Shown: positions 48,412 to 58,368 of the stretch, one piece after another
How the letters are laid out: every line of letters starts with the position of its first letter
Numbering within the stretch: position 1 is the stretch's first letter
DNA from: Longimicrobiales bacterium
Lineage (GTDB): Bacteria > Gemmatimonadota > Gemmatimonadetes > Longimicrobiales > Gaopeijiaceae
Length of the DNA stretch: 64,000 nt
Assembly: GCA_965219445.1 (NCBI GenBank)
Contig: CBDCNQ010000003.1
Location: 192,001 to 256,000 of the forward strand
Reading direction: 5' to 3'
The notes under the pieces: generated by a model
Told to the model about the DNA's origin: nothing
Databases searched by the model: none
Seen by the model: the letters and a program-made list of their open reading frames with translations, nothing else
Translations under genes and position numbers: made by a program

Positions 48412-49317
48412 ATGCGCATCGTCGTGGCGCTCGGAGGGAACGCACTGTTACGCAGGGGCGAGCCTCCCACAGCTAGGGTACAACGTGGGAACGTGCGGAT
48501 CGCGGCAGAGGCGTTGGCGCCCGTCGCCAACGATCACCAGCTCGTGATCACGCACGGGAACGGTCCCCAAGTAGGTCTCCTGGCGCTGCAGGCGGCGGCG
48601 TACGAAGACGGGCGCCCCTACCCGCTCGACGTCCTCGGTGCGGAGAGCGAGGGAATGATCGGATACTTGATCGAGCAAGAGCTGGGTAACCTGCTGCCGT
48701 TCGAGCGGCCTCTAGCGACCCTCCTTACGATGGTGGAGGTCGATCGCGACGACCCGGCGTTCCAGAATCCGACAAAGCCGATCGGCCCCCTCTACACCGA
48801 GGACGAAGCACGCACGCTTGCGACGGACAGGGGATGGGCCGTCGCACCGGACGGCGACGCGTGGCGACGCGTGGTGCCGTCACCGCTTCCCAAACGTGTA
48901 TTCGAAGTTCGACCTGTGCGCTGGCTCCTGGAGCACAACGTCATCGTGATCTGCTCGGGAGGGGGAGGGATTCCCACCGCCTACGACGATCAGCGAAAAC
49001 TGCATGGAGTGGAAGCAGTGATCGATAAGGACCGGGCTAGCGCGCTACTGGCCGAGGAGGTCGAAGCGGACCGCCTGATCCTGGCCACCGACATCGATGC
49101 AGTCTATTCAGGATGGGGTACACCCGACGAACGCCCGATCGTACACGCGTCTCCGGGTGATTTCCGGCGCCAGGACTTCCCTGCCGGCTCGATGGGTCCT
49201 AAGGTCGAGGCGGCCTGTACGTTCGTGGAGAATACGGGAAGGAGGGCGACGATCGGCGCGCTCGAAGACATCGCAAAGATGTTGGCCGGCAAAGCCGGAA
49301 CGGTGATCGAACCGTGA
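48412..49317 (+). CDS. arcC: Carbamate kinase
   Basis: [43 protein letters not shown]. Confidence 0.97.
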   Translation: MRIVVALGGNALLRRGEPPTARVQRGNVRIAAEALAPVANDHQLVITHGNGPQVGLLALQAAAYEDGRPYPLDVLGAESEGMIGYLIEQELGNLLPFERPLATLLTMVEVDRDDPAFQNPTKPIGPLYTEDEARTLATDRGWAVAPDGDAWRRVVPSPLPKRVFEVRPVRWLLEHNVIVICSGGGGIPTAYDDQRKLHGVEAVIDKDRASALLAEEVEADRLILATDIDAVYSGWGTPDERPIVHASPGDFRRQDFPAGSMGPKVEAACTFVENTGRRATIGALEDIAKMLAGKAGTVIEP

Positions 49318-49378
49318 CGGCCTCTGAGCGTGGACGGGCGCTGGGCGACGTCGGCCTCGGCGCAGACGCGTCGCCGCC

Positions 49379-50302
49379 GTGAATGACTCAGCCTTTCGCA
49401 TCGGAATCGACTTCGGCGGCACCAAGATCGAGGGCTTGGCACTCAGCCGAGACGGAGCCGAGGTCGCGCGCAGGCGAGTCGAGACGCCGAAGGGCTACGA
49501 GCAGGCGCTGCTAGCTATCGAGGGGCTCATATCGTTTCTCGAGGACGAAGCGAGTGCGGTGAGCGGCAACGCCGGGCGCGGCTCAGTCGGCGTGGGTATC
49601 CCGGGGACCCTGTCGCCCGTGACGCGAGTCGTGAAGAACTCCAATTCGACCTGGCTGAATGGCCGCGCGTTCGACAAGGACCTGGAAGCGATCATACGAA
49701 GGCCGATACGTGTGATGAACGATGCGAATTGCTTCACGGTCTCCGAGGCCACCGACGGCGCGGGTATGGGAGCGGAAGTTGTGTTCGGCGTCATCCTCGG
49801 TACCGGAGTCGGCGCCGGCATCGTAGCAGGAGGAACCGTGTTGGAGGGCCACCAAGGAATCGGTGGAGAGTGGGGCCACAACTCGCTCCCCTGGCCAAAA
49901 GAAGGCGAGTGGCCCGGACCGGCCTGCTACTGCGGACGGAGCGGTTGCATAGAGACGTATGTGTCAGGACCGGGCATGGAGCGGGACCACGCGGCGGCCA
50001 CGGGCCAGCAGCTCTCGACTCGAGAGATTGTGGCCAGAGCCGTCAGCGACGACGGCGATGCCGCGGCCTCGTATGGCCGTTATGTGGACCGTTTGGCTCG
50101 GGGCTTGGCCTCCGTCATCAACGTTCTGGACCCGGAGATCGTCGTTCTAGGCGGGGGCATGTCGAACCTTCCGGCGCTACCCGAGGACGTGGAGGCAGCC
50201 CTGCCTCCGTACGTCTTTAGCGATCACGTCGCCACACGGGTCCTGCGGAATGTGCACGGGGATTCGAGTGGCGTCCGGGGGGCGGCCTGGCTCTGGCGGT
50301 GA
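49379..50302 (+). CDS. ROK family sugar kinase (fructokinase Mak-like)
   Basis: GIDFGGTK, NDANC, GTGVG, GEWGH, CYCG..GCIE, HGDSSGVRGAAWLW. Confidence 0.92.
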   Translation: MNDSAFRIGIDFGGTKIEGLALSRDGAEVARRRVETPKGYEQALLAIEGLISFLEDEASAVSGNAGRGSVGVGIPGTLSPVTRVVKNSNSTWLNGRAFDKDLEAIIRRPIRVMNDANCFTVSEATDGAGMGAEVVFGVILGTGVGAGIVAGGTVLEGHQGIGGEWGHNSLPWPKEGEWPGPACYCGRSGCIETYVSGPGMERDHAAATGQQLSTREIVARAVSDDGDAAASYGRYVDRLARGLASVINVLDPEIVVLGGGMSNLPALPEDVEAALPPYVFSDHVATRVLRNVHGDSSGVRGAAWLWR

Positions 50303-50333
50303 CGCCCGAGAACGCACCCCTCCAGGTACCCGG

Positions 50334-50624
50334 TCATATCTTCCCCAATTCGTGCATGATGGCCATGACGTTTCCTTCGGAGTCGTGGAAAGAGGCGATG
50401 GACAGCTCGTAGTTGTCGGTCCGATGTACGATCTGCGGCGGCCGGATCAACATCAACCTCGTCCCGCCGAGGTCGAAGAATGCGAGCCCGGGTGCGTCGA
50501 AGAGGAACGGAACGCCCAGTACGTCGCGATAAAACGCCGTGGCCCGCTCGACGTCTTCGACCGTGACCGCGATCTGTCCCAACTCGGTCAGTCCTGCGTT
50601 CTTCTCTCTACCGGCCTCTACCAT
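50334..50624 (-). pseudogene. VOC/glyoxalase protein with apparent in-frame internal deletion
   Basis: GQIAVTV.DV.RA.AFYRDVLG...RLML joined directly to IRPPQIVH...FHDSEGN; the middle YFxVxD segment is missing. Confidence 0.6.
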
Positions 50625-50660
50625 CGCTCCATCCTCCGTTGACGGGTTCGCGCCATATAT

Positions 50661-51467
50661 CTAGCTGCCACCCCGGCTAGGCGGAACGAGGCCCCATCGC
50701 TCGATGAGCTCCTGGATCCCGGCGACGCCGTCCGTGAGAGCCGCGGGGCCCGGTTGAAGAATGATCGACGACTTGATCTCGTAGACGTGCCCATCACGTA
50801 CCGCCGGGACGTTCTCCCATCCCGGCCGCGCCACGACTCTCTCCGGACGGAATTTACGGCCGCACCACGAACCGATGATGATATCCGGTGCTCTACGTAC
50901 GACCTCGTGCGGATCCTCTATGATCCGGCCCTTCGCGAGCGGGGACTCGGACAACTCGGGAAAGCAATCCTCCCCCCCCGCGTAGCCCAAGAGCTCCGAA
51001 ACCCAGCGGATGCCAGAAATCATCGGATCACTCCACTCCTCGAAATAGATGCGGGGCCGATCCGTGAACCCGCGGGCTCGTTCCTGGACCCTAGCGAGAT
51101 TGGCGGCGAGGCGGACCGCAAGTCTTTCTCCCTTCTCGGCGCATCCCACCATGGCTCCCAACGTGCGGATCATCCGCAGGATACCGTCCACGCTCCGGTG
51201 GTTGAACACGTGGACCTCGATCCCATGGCCGATCAACTCCGCCGCAATGTCGGCTTGGATGTCCGAGAACCCCAGGACCAGGTCCGGCCTAAGGCTCAGT
51301 ATCTCGTCGATCTTAGCAGTCGTGAAGGCCGAGACTCGCGGCTTTTCTCGGCGGGCGTGAGGGGGGCGAACGGTGAACCCGGAGATCCCCACGATCCTCC
51401 AGTCCTCGCCGATCTCGTAGAGCGTCTCGGTGGTTTCTTCAGTCAAACAAACGATCCGCTCATACAT
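50661..51467 (-). CDS. Cobalamin/iron ABC substrate-binding protein (BtuF-like)
   Basis: RIVCLTEETTE, PDLVLGFSD, YFEEW.DP, SWCG, ILQPGP; no signal peptide. Confidence 0.88.
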   Translation of the reverse strand: MYERIVCLTEETTETLYEIGEDWRIVGISGFTVRPPHARREKPRVSAFTTAKIDEILSLRPDLVLGFSDIQADIAAELIGHGIEVHVFNHRSVDGILRMIRTLGAMVGCAEKGERLAVRLAANLARVQERARGFTDRPRIYFEEWSDPMISGIRWVSELLGYAGGEDCFPELSESPLAKGRIIEDPHEVVRRAPDIIIGSWCGRKFRPERVVARPGWENVPAVRDGHVYEIKSSIILQPGPAALTDGVAGIQELIERWGLVPPSRGGS

Positions 51468-51568
51468 GGGACGCTTCGGGATTCAGAATTGCGGTTGAAT
51501 GGGCATGGTACGATGATCCATACCGTATACCAAGAGTTTCCACGACCGACACCCAAAGGAGTGAGCAC

Positions 51569-51928
51569 GTGTCTCATAAAAGCACGAAGGAAGTTCCCGC
51601 CGAGCCCGTGCGCGCAGGCTCCGGAACCGTCCGCCAAGTCCTGATCGGCCCGGAGGAGGGTCCGAATTTCTCGATGCGGCGTTTTGTCATGGAGCCGGGC
51701 GGGGGAATGCCGAATCACACGAACACGGTGGAGCACGAGCAGTATGTGCTGGGTGGAGCCGCTCGAATTGGTATCGGCGAAGATGTGATCGAGGTCACTC
51801 AGGGTGACGTCGTCTTCATCCCGGCCGGCGTTCCGCACTGGTACGAATCCCTCGGCCCGGATGAATTCGAGTTCCTGTGTGTGGTCCCCAACGGGCCAGA
51901 TGAAACACGCATCGTGGAGAACGAATAG
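51569..51928 (+). CDS. Cupin domain protein
   Basis: PGGGMP.HT...EHEQYVL.G, IPAGVPHWY. Confidence 0.9.
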   Translation: MSHKSTKEVPAEPVRAGSGTVRQVLIGPEEGPNFSMRRFVMEPGGGMPNHTNTVEHEQYVLGGAARIGIGEDVIEVTQGDVVFIPAGVPHWYESLGPDEFEFLCVVPNGPDETRIVENE

Positions 51929-51933
51929 GCGGC

Positions 51934-53349
51934 ATGGAGACCATCGGATGGCTTTCGATTCTCCCGCCCGTGGTGGCCATCGCCATGGCCATCAAGACTC
52001 GGGAGGTCTACATCTCGCTGGCCCTCTTCGTCTGGCTGGGCTGGACCATCATGAACTCGTGGAATCCAGTCGTTGGATTGGTGGACGGCGTCAACACGTT
52101 CCTGGCCGCGATCACCAGCCCCGGCAACGCCAGAACGCTCGTCTTCTCCGCGCTGATCGGAGCGATTATCACTCTGACGCAGGCGTCGGGCGGCATGGAG
52201 GGATTTACCAACTGGGCCGAGCGAAAGCGGTTGGGCCAGAATCGCCGCACCGTGCGGCTGTTCGCCATCGGCACCAGCATGTCTCTCTTCCTGGAATCGA
52301 ATTTCGGACTTCTGGTGTCGGGCTCCGTCGCGCGCCCGCTCTTCGATCGGGCCAAGATTTCCCGTGAAAAGCTGAGCTATATCCTCGACGCGACATGTGC
52401 GCCGAAGCAGCTCCTCATCCCGATCAACGCCTGGGGAGCCTACATCGTGACACTCTTGGCCGCACAGAACGTCGCCGAGCCAAACCGAGTCCTCATCTCG
52501 GCCCTCACGTTGAATTTTTACGCGATCCTCTCGGTAATTCTGGTCGTTTTCGTGGCCCTGACTGACTGGAATATCGGACCCATGAGGGAAGCCGAGCGCC
52601 GGATCCGGGAAGAGGGAAAGCTCCTACGTGAGGGCGCCGAACCCATGATGTCCTCGGACGTCTCCATGTTGGAGGCGAAGGAGGCGGTACCGCGACGGGC
52701 CTCCAACATGCTTCTTCCGGTCATCGCCATGGTCGCCACGGTACCGCTCGTCCTATGGATCACCGGAGGAGGAGAGATGCTCCAGGGTAGTGGCTCGGAC
52801 GCCGTGCTCTGGGGCGTGATCGTCGGAATCCTGCTCGCAGCCCTCATGTATCGGGCGCAGGGGATCATGACATTCCGGGAGGTGACCAACCATACAATCA
52901 AGGGAATTCAGGGTCTGACACCCGTCGTGATTGTGCTCGCGTTGGCGTTTTCGATCGCGGGAACGCAGCAGGCCTTGGGCACGGGTGTTTGGCTGGCTCA
53001 GGTGGCGGAGGCCAACGTGAATCCTGGCTTCGTGCCGGCCATCGTCTTTGTACTTGCATGTATCATGGCCTTCTCGACGGGAACGTCGTGGGGCACGTTC
53101 GCGATCATGATTCCGATCGTGGTGCCGATGGCGGAACTGCTGGATCTACACCTCGGGCTCACGCTGGCGGCCGCGTTGGGCGGCGGGATCTTCGGGGATC
53201 ACTGTTCCCCGATCTCCGACAGCACGATTGTGGCGTCGATGGCCTCTGCGACGGACCATATCGACCATGTACGTACACAGCTTCCCTACGCGCTCTTGGC
53301 TGCAACCGGTGCCCTCGTGCTGTTCCTGGGTGTGGGCTTCATGCTCTAG
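51934..53349 (+). CDS. NhaC family antiporter
   Basis: SILPP, SREKL.YI.D, FSTGTSWGTF, GGIFGDHCSPISD, HVRTQLPYA. Confidence 0.93.
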   Translation: METIGWLSILPPVVAIAMAIKTREVYISLALFVWLGWTIMNSWNPVVGLVDGVNTFLAAITSPGNARTLVFSALIGAIITLTQASGGMEGFTNWAERKRLGQNRRTVRLFAIGTSMSLFLESNFGLLVSGSVARPLFDRAKISREKLSYILDATCAPKQLLIPINAWGAYIVTLLAAQNVAEPNRVLISALTLNFYAILSVILVVFVALTDWNIGPMREAERRIREEGKLLREGAEPMMSSDVSMLEAKEAVPRRASNMLLPVIAMVATVPLVLWITGGGEMLQGSGSDAVLWGVIVGILLAALMYRAQGIMTFREVTNHTIKGIQGLTPVVIVLALAFSIAGTQQALGTGVWLAQVAEANVNPGFVPAIVFVLACIMAFSTGTSWGTFAIMIPIVVPMAELLDLHLGLTLAAALGGGIFGDHCSPISDSTIVASMASATDHIDHVRTQLPYALLAATGALVLFLGVGFML

Positions 53350-53391
53350 CCGTGCTGAGTCCTGGGGCCATGGCCCTGAGGCCTGTTGGAG

Positions 53392-55257
53392 CTAGCGGCT
53401 CTCGAAAAAGATCAGCCCGCCCCCCAATCCCCCCGAGAAGAGGTCTAGGTCGCCGTCCCCATCGATGTCCACGACAGAGGGCGTAGAGTAGTTCGGAAGC
53501 GGAAGCGTGAACGTTGAATCCAGGACGAAAAGCGGATCGGCGTCCGCCGCGGAGCCCCCCCTTCGGTAAAGAAGCACACCCCCCTCTTCGCGACCGAGTA
53601 GCAGGTCATCGTCACCGTCCCCGTCGACATCCGCGAATGTCGGAAAGCTCCTGCGGCCCGCATCGATCTCTCCAAAGCGATCGGTCACGAGGTCGAACGA
53701 CGGGGCCCGCGGTGTGCCGACATTGCGGTAGAAGTTGAGTTCGCCCGAGGACTCCCCGATAAAGAGATCGAGATCCCCGTCGCCATCGACATCCGTCAAT
53801 GCGGGCGTGCTGTTGCTCCCCCGTGTGAGTCGAACGAGCGTCGTGTCCTCGAGGATGAACTCCGGTTGGGCACGCGTACCCTGATTCAGGTAGAGCGCGA
53901 CGCCCCTGTTCCACGTGCCCACGAGCATGTCCAAGTCGCCGTCCCCGTCCAGGTCACCCAGCGCGGGCGCATAGTGATACATGACGAAGAGCGGTAAGTG
54001 AGCACGCTGCAAAAACGCAGGATCCCGCTGCGAACCCACGTTCTCAAAATGAACCAGACGGGAGGTCTGGGTGTCGTTCGGGTCCAACTTGTTCGCGAGA
54101 AGTATGTCCAGGTCGCCGTCTCCGTCCAGGTCGGCGAACGATGGAATACTCTCGCTTCCGACATCGAGTGTGTAGATGTAGCGCCCGCTGCGGTGGACGA
54201 AGTTTCCGTCCACCTGCTCGTAGAAGTGGAAGTTCTGCGTGGTCGTCAGATTGGGATTGAAGGCACCGCCGAGCACGCCCACGAACAGGTCGAGATCGCC
54301 ATCCGAATCCACGTCTTCAAGAACCGGTACGTTATACCCGCTCGTGGAGATGGTGTCGTCGACAACCAGAGGAAGTGGATCTGTCCTAAGGATCGGCTCG
54401 CTACACGAACCCGTGTTCTCCACGAAGAGCACACCGGGCTCGAAGAAATCACCCCAGAAGAAATCGAGGTCTCCGTCCTGGTCGATATCCGCAAAGGCCA
54501 TCGCATTGGCGCCATGCATACTGCCCAGCTGGGCCACGATTTCGATGTTCTGAAAGCGATCCTCCAAGAACCGGAACATGGGGACTCCGTCCTCCGTCAA
54601 CTCGGCCACCTCGTAGCGGCTGAGTGTGCCAGTGACGCGGCCGAGGAAAAGATCCCAATCGCCATCGCAGTCGATGTCGTTGACGTTGGGAATATTCTGC
54701 CGATCCGCGAAGACCGGCTCACCCGCCACGTCCCGGACCGAATCACCGAGGGGCGTGAACGCCGCAGCCCGGGCGGTACCGTCATTACGGAAATACCGCA
54801 CGTAGCTGAACAGCCGCTCGCTCAGAAGGTCTAGATCACCATCCCGGTCGAAGTCGACGAAGCGGGTCCACTCGCCAACCGGCAGGTCTTGATATCGGTC
54901 TGTACGCCACACGAACTCCGGCCGGCTCGGTTCGCCCACGTTCTCGAACAGCATCAACTCACCCGGGCGCTCCTGAAGGAAGAGATCGACATCTCCATCG
55001 CCGTCGATGTCGGCAAACTGTGGACGCGGCACGTTGAAGCCACCAAGAAACGGAGGGTCGTACGCCCTACCGCTTTCGTCATATACTGGAAAAGCATCGA
55101 CGGAGCGGACGAGTGAGGTCACGCTGGCCAGGGATGCTTCTCCATCGGACCCGGTGGGCGAAGAGACTCCGTCGGCACGCCCCAAGGAGGATGCCCCACC
55201 ACAACCCACCACAATCACACATGCGGCCGCCAGTGCGCCGCCACGGATGCATCGCAT
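53392..55257 (-). CDS. FG-GAP/VCBS repeat lipoprotein
   Basis: VVGC lipobox; about ten DxDGDGDLD repeats. Confidence 0.93.
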   Translation of the reverse strand: MRCIRGGALAAACVIVVGCGGASSLGRADGVSSPTGSDGEASLASVTSLVRSVDAFPVYDESGRAYDPPFLGGFNVPRPQFADIDGDGDVDLFLQERPGELMLFENVGEPSRPEFVWRTDRYQDLPVGEWTRFVDFDRDGDLDLLSERLFSYVRYFRNDGTARAAAFTPLGDSVRDVAGEPVFADRQNIPNVNDIDCDGDWDLFLGRVTGTLSRYEVAELTEDGVPMFRFLEDRFQNIEIVAQLGSMHGANAMAFADIDQDGDLDFFWGDFFEPGVLFVENTGSCSEPILRTDPLPLVVDDTISTSGYNVPVLEDVDSDGDLDLFVGVLGGAFNPNLTTTQNFHFYEQVDGNFVHRSGRYIYTLDVGSESIPSFADLDGDGDLDILLANKLDPNDTQTSRLVHFENVGSQRDPAFLQRAHLPLFVMYHYAPALGDLDGDGDLDMLVGTWNRGVALYLNQGTRAQPEFILEDTTLVRLTRGSNSTPALTDVDGDGDLDLFIGESSGELNFYRNVGTPRAPSFDLVTDRFGEIDAGRRSFPTFADVDGDGDDDLLLGREEGGVLLYRRGGSAADADPLFVLDSTFTLPLPNYSTPSVVDIDGDGDLDLFSGGLGGGLIFFESR

Positions 55258-55585
55258 TACGCGTACCCGCTCAACGGTCTCGGGAACCGCGTCTCACCGA
55301 TCGTCGTCACGTGCATGGGCGTCCCTTCTTCAGAACGAAAGAGGGCTCACGGCCTCTCCGGACGAGGCCTGCACACCCTCCTTCGGAAACTCGGAGCGCC
55401 GCATGAATGAGGCAATGGGTCGGGCTATTTGCACGTGGAGCCCTCTCCCGTGGAACCTTAGTCCATGGTTCGCCCGTATGTAATAGCGACAGGTGGACGC
55501 GAACGGGTTTGATCAACGGGTCTGCGAGAGTGTCTAGGACGGGAGGGAGCATGAGCGAAGGCGTTGCGGGGACCGGGGGCTTGGG

Positions 55586-56647
55586 ATGAAACGATGGGGG
55601 CGCTGGTCCAAGCTCACACTCCTGGGGGCGTTGCTGGCTGAGTTCCTCCTGCCCTCCCCCTCGGCGATCGGTGGGCGCTGGCGCGCTCGATTGGGCCTTG
55701 ATCCGTCGTACACAGCCCTCTCCGCCGCGATCGCCACCCAGGACCTCTACACAACGGATCTGCTCGGGATCGACGGAGTGGTGGGCACGGCGGTGGGCGT
55801 CAGCGCCGACGGTGCTCCGGTGGTGCTCGTTTACACCGCTCGGCCCGGTGTCCTAGGCCTACCAGCGATGCTCGACGGCACCCCTTTGCGCATCGAGGTC
55901 ACCGGTGAATTCTGGGCACTCGGTGAGGGACCCCGAGCCACGGAGGCCGACAAACCTGTCAACCGGCGGGGCCGCTTCCCTCGTCCGGTGCCCATCGGCG
56001 TGTCCGGAGGCCAGCCGGACGTGACGGCCGGAACCATCGGGGCGCGCGTCAGCGACCGCAAACGCACGTTCGCTCTGAGCAATAACCATGTCTTCGCAAA
56101 CCGGAATGACGCGAATCGGGGAGACGATATCCTCCAGCCGGGGCGAGTGGACGGAGGGACCGATCCCGCGAACTCCATCGGCACGCTGCACGACTTCGAG
56201 CGCCTGCAGTTCTGCGCGATACTGACGTGTCCGGACAACCGAATCGACGCGGCCATTGCGCTCACCTCCTCCGACAATCTGGGGACGAGTACGCCCGCAG
56301 ACGGCTATGGTGAACCGCGGACGGGGACGACGAGTGCGACACTCGGGCAAGCGGTCCAGAAGTATGGTCGTACCACCGGTCTGACCACCGGCCTGGTGAG
56401 CGGCATCAATGCCACAATCAACGTGAATTACAACAAGGGAACGGTGCGCTTCGTCGACCAGATCCTGATCAGCGATGGGCGCTTCAGCCAAGGCGGAGAC
56501 TCGGGATCTCTGGTGGTCACGCAGTCGAGCGGCCGAAGCGACCGGCGGCCGGTGGGACTACTGTTCGCGGGAAGTAATACTCATACCATCGCCAACCCGA
56601 TCGACCTCGTGTTGGAGCGCTTCGACGTGCAGATCGACGGAAGTTGA
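55586..56647 (+). CDS. Trypsin-like (chymotrypsin clan, Nal1-like) serine protease with prodomain
   Basis: AGTIG, LSNNHV (His), QPG..DGG, IDAA (Asp), KYGRTTG, GDSGS (Ser). Confidence 0.88.
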   Translation: MKRWGRWSKLTLLGALLAEFLLPSPSAIGGRWRARLGLDPSYTALSAAIATQDLYTTDLLGIDGVVGTAVGVSADGAPVVLVYTARPGVLGLPAMLDGTPLRIEVTGEFWALGEGPRATEADKPVNRRGRFPRPVPIGVSGGQPDVTAGTIGARVSDRKRTFALSNNHVFANRNDANRGDDILQPGRVDGGTDPANSIGTLHDFERLQFCAILTCPDNRIDAAIALTSSDNLGTSTPADGYGEPRTGTTSATLGQAVQKYGRTTGLTTGLVSGINATINVNYNKGTVRFVDQILISDGRFSQGGDSGSLVVTQSSGRSDRRPVGLLFAGSNTHTIANPIDLVLERFDVQIDGS

Positions 56648-56672
56648 CGTCATCGGAGATGCCGAAGAGGAG

Positions 56673-56882
56673 ATGCCGGAAGAAATGAAGGCCGCGCTCA
56701 GTAAGCTCACCAAAGCGGTGATCGATCGGCCAGGCGTGACCGGAACCGCCATCGGGCTGTCCAGGGGGAAACCCTGCCTCAAGGTCTACGTGGAAGACCG
56801 CCATGCGGCCGGGCAGATCCCCTCGAGGGTAGACGGACACCGGGTCGAGGTGGAGCAGACTGGAACCTTCAACCGCCGCTAA
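56673..56882 (+). CDS. Stand-alone homolog of the protease prodomain
   Basis: 69 aa; GVTGTAIG...KVYV...IP..VDG..VEVEQTGTF aligns by eye with the N-terminal region of 55586-56647. Confidence 0.8.
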   Translation: MPEEMKAALSKLTKAVIDRPGVTGTAIGLSRGKPCLKVYVEDRHAAGQIPSRVDGHRVEVEQTGTFNRR

Positions 56883-57045
56883 CACAGGTCCAGCGCGGAA
56901 CGATTGAACACAGCGAGCCGGCACCAGGCAACTCTGGGAGACGGTTCCCCGTCTCATCTTCAGGGAGTTGCGGCGAGATGGTCGGCGGCGGCAGTTTCGG
57001 GGGTATCCTCCGGATCGGGACGGAGTTCAGACACAGGAGCCTCAA

Positions 57046-57534
57046 ATGGGGAAACGGACCTCGGATTTCATGGCGCTCGCAGCGATCGTCAGCGGCGCTG
57101 CCCTCGGGTTGGGACTGACGAACCTTTACGCCCAGAGTCGAGCCGACCGCGTGCCCGACGTGGATGACTCATCTGTGAGAATCCGGGTGCTGCGTCGCAA
57201 CATGGTAGTGGAGCCTAGGCGGATCCATGACTCGTTCGCCGATGCCCCGGTGGTGCGCCACGCTTTGATTGAGCCTCGGCAGATCACGGTCGGGTACGCC
57301 GAAGCCCTGGCCCCCCAGTTGGAAAGACTTCGGACTCAGGTGGAACAGCTACAGCTTCAGGCACGGGAAACGGGTGATATCGAGGCACTCCTCGAGGCTC
57401 TGGAAGGGCTGGAGGCCCTCGAAGATCTGGACTTGGAGCAGGATATGACGATCGACATCCTCTTGGGTGACGAGGACCAACGGCGCCGGAAACGCCGGAG
57501 ACGCCGTCCCCGTTGGGCTACCGAAGGCCCGTAA
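57046..57534 (+). CDS. Hypothetical protein (N-terminal TM, coiled coil, Arg-rich tail)
   Basis: AGGAG RBS before ATG 57046. Confidence 0.7.
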   Translation: MGKRTSDFMALAAIVSGAALGLGLTNLYAQSRADRVPDVDDSSVRIRVLRRNMVVEPRRIHDSFADAPVVRHALIEPRQITVGYAEALAPQLERLRTQVEQLQLQARETGDIEALLEALEGLEALEDLDLEQDMTIDILLGDEDQRRRKRRRRRPRWATEGP

Positions 57535-57556
57535 TCCGACCCATCAGGGAACGAAT

Positions 57557-58225
57557 GTGCTGAGTCGACGCCGGGGGTTCGCCCCCTTTTCCGTTCTCGC
57601 CGTGACCCTGCTGTCCGCCTGCGCCGGGGACGGTGACGAGCCCGAGGACCCGCGGCTCCAGAATCCACTACTCCGCGCTAGCCAGTTCAACGAGACGGCT
57701 CCGGATGTGTTCCGGGCTCGCCTAGAGACCACGGGGGGGGTCTTCGTCATCGAGGTACATCGTGATTGGGCCCCCCTCGGGGCTGACCGCTTCTACAACC
57801 TCGTAAAGAGCGGGTGGTACGACGGGGTCCGATTCCACAGGGTGCTGCAGGACTTCACGGCCGGATGGGGTATCCACGACAATCCCTACGTGAACGTCGT
57901 CTGGCAAAGGGAGCTCCTCCTCGACGATCCCGTCATCCAGTCGAACACACGGGGGCGCGTATCCTTCGCCCGATCCGGAGCCAACAGCCGGACGACGCAG
58001 GTCTTCGTCAACCTCAAGGAGAACCCCAGCCTCGACGACCGCTTCGCTCCGTTCGGCGAGGTCGTCGAGGGGATGGACGTGGTTGATGGACTGTACGCGG
58101 GCTACGGAGACGGTCCACCCCGCGGCGACGGTGTGTATCAGGCGAGAGCACTCGCCCGGGGCGCCGAGTACTTCGATGCCGAGTTTCCCGAGTTGGATCG
58201 AATCGAGCGGGCAACGATCCTTTAA
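57557..58225 (+). CDS. Cyclophilin-type peptidyl-prolyl isomerase lipoprotein
   Basis: LSAC lipobox; WAPLGADRFYNLV, RFHRV, SRTTQVFVNL, FAPFGEVVEGM. Confidence 0.92.
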   Translation: MLSRRRGFAPFSVLAVTLLSACAGDGDEPEDPRLQNPLLRASQFNETAPDVFRARLETTGGVFVIEVHRDWAPLGADRFYNLVKSGWYDGVRFHRVLQDFTAGWGIHDNPYVNVVWQRELLLDDPVIQSNTRGRVSFARSGANSRTTQVFVNLKENPSLDDRFAPFGEVVEGMDVVDGLYAGYGDGPPRGDGVYQARALARGAEYFDAEFPELDRIERATIL

Positions 58226-58368
58226 CCACCCGGCCCGTACGGTTAACCCATCCGCAGCCTCTGCTCCTACCCCATTTAACGTTCTCATCCCGCCGGGGGT
58301 TTAAGCCGGTTGGAAGGGATGATCGGACGTTTCGTTCGGCATTCGAGCAGCACTGAGGAGAGTGGGAA

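Noticed and set aside
51468..51568. Cobalamin riboswitch upstream of the BtuF-like gene
   Set aside because: The gap is only about 100 bp and no B12-box motif is visible.
58312..58336. GGAAG-N16-CGTT, possible ECF sigma promoter before the lipoprotein gene
   Set aside because: Plausible but too short and degenerate to support without a cognate sigma factor or start mapping.
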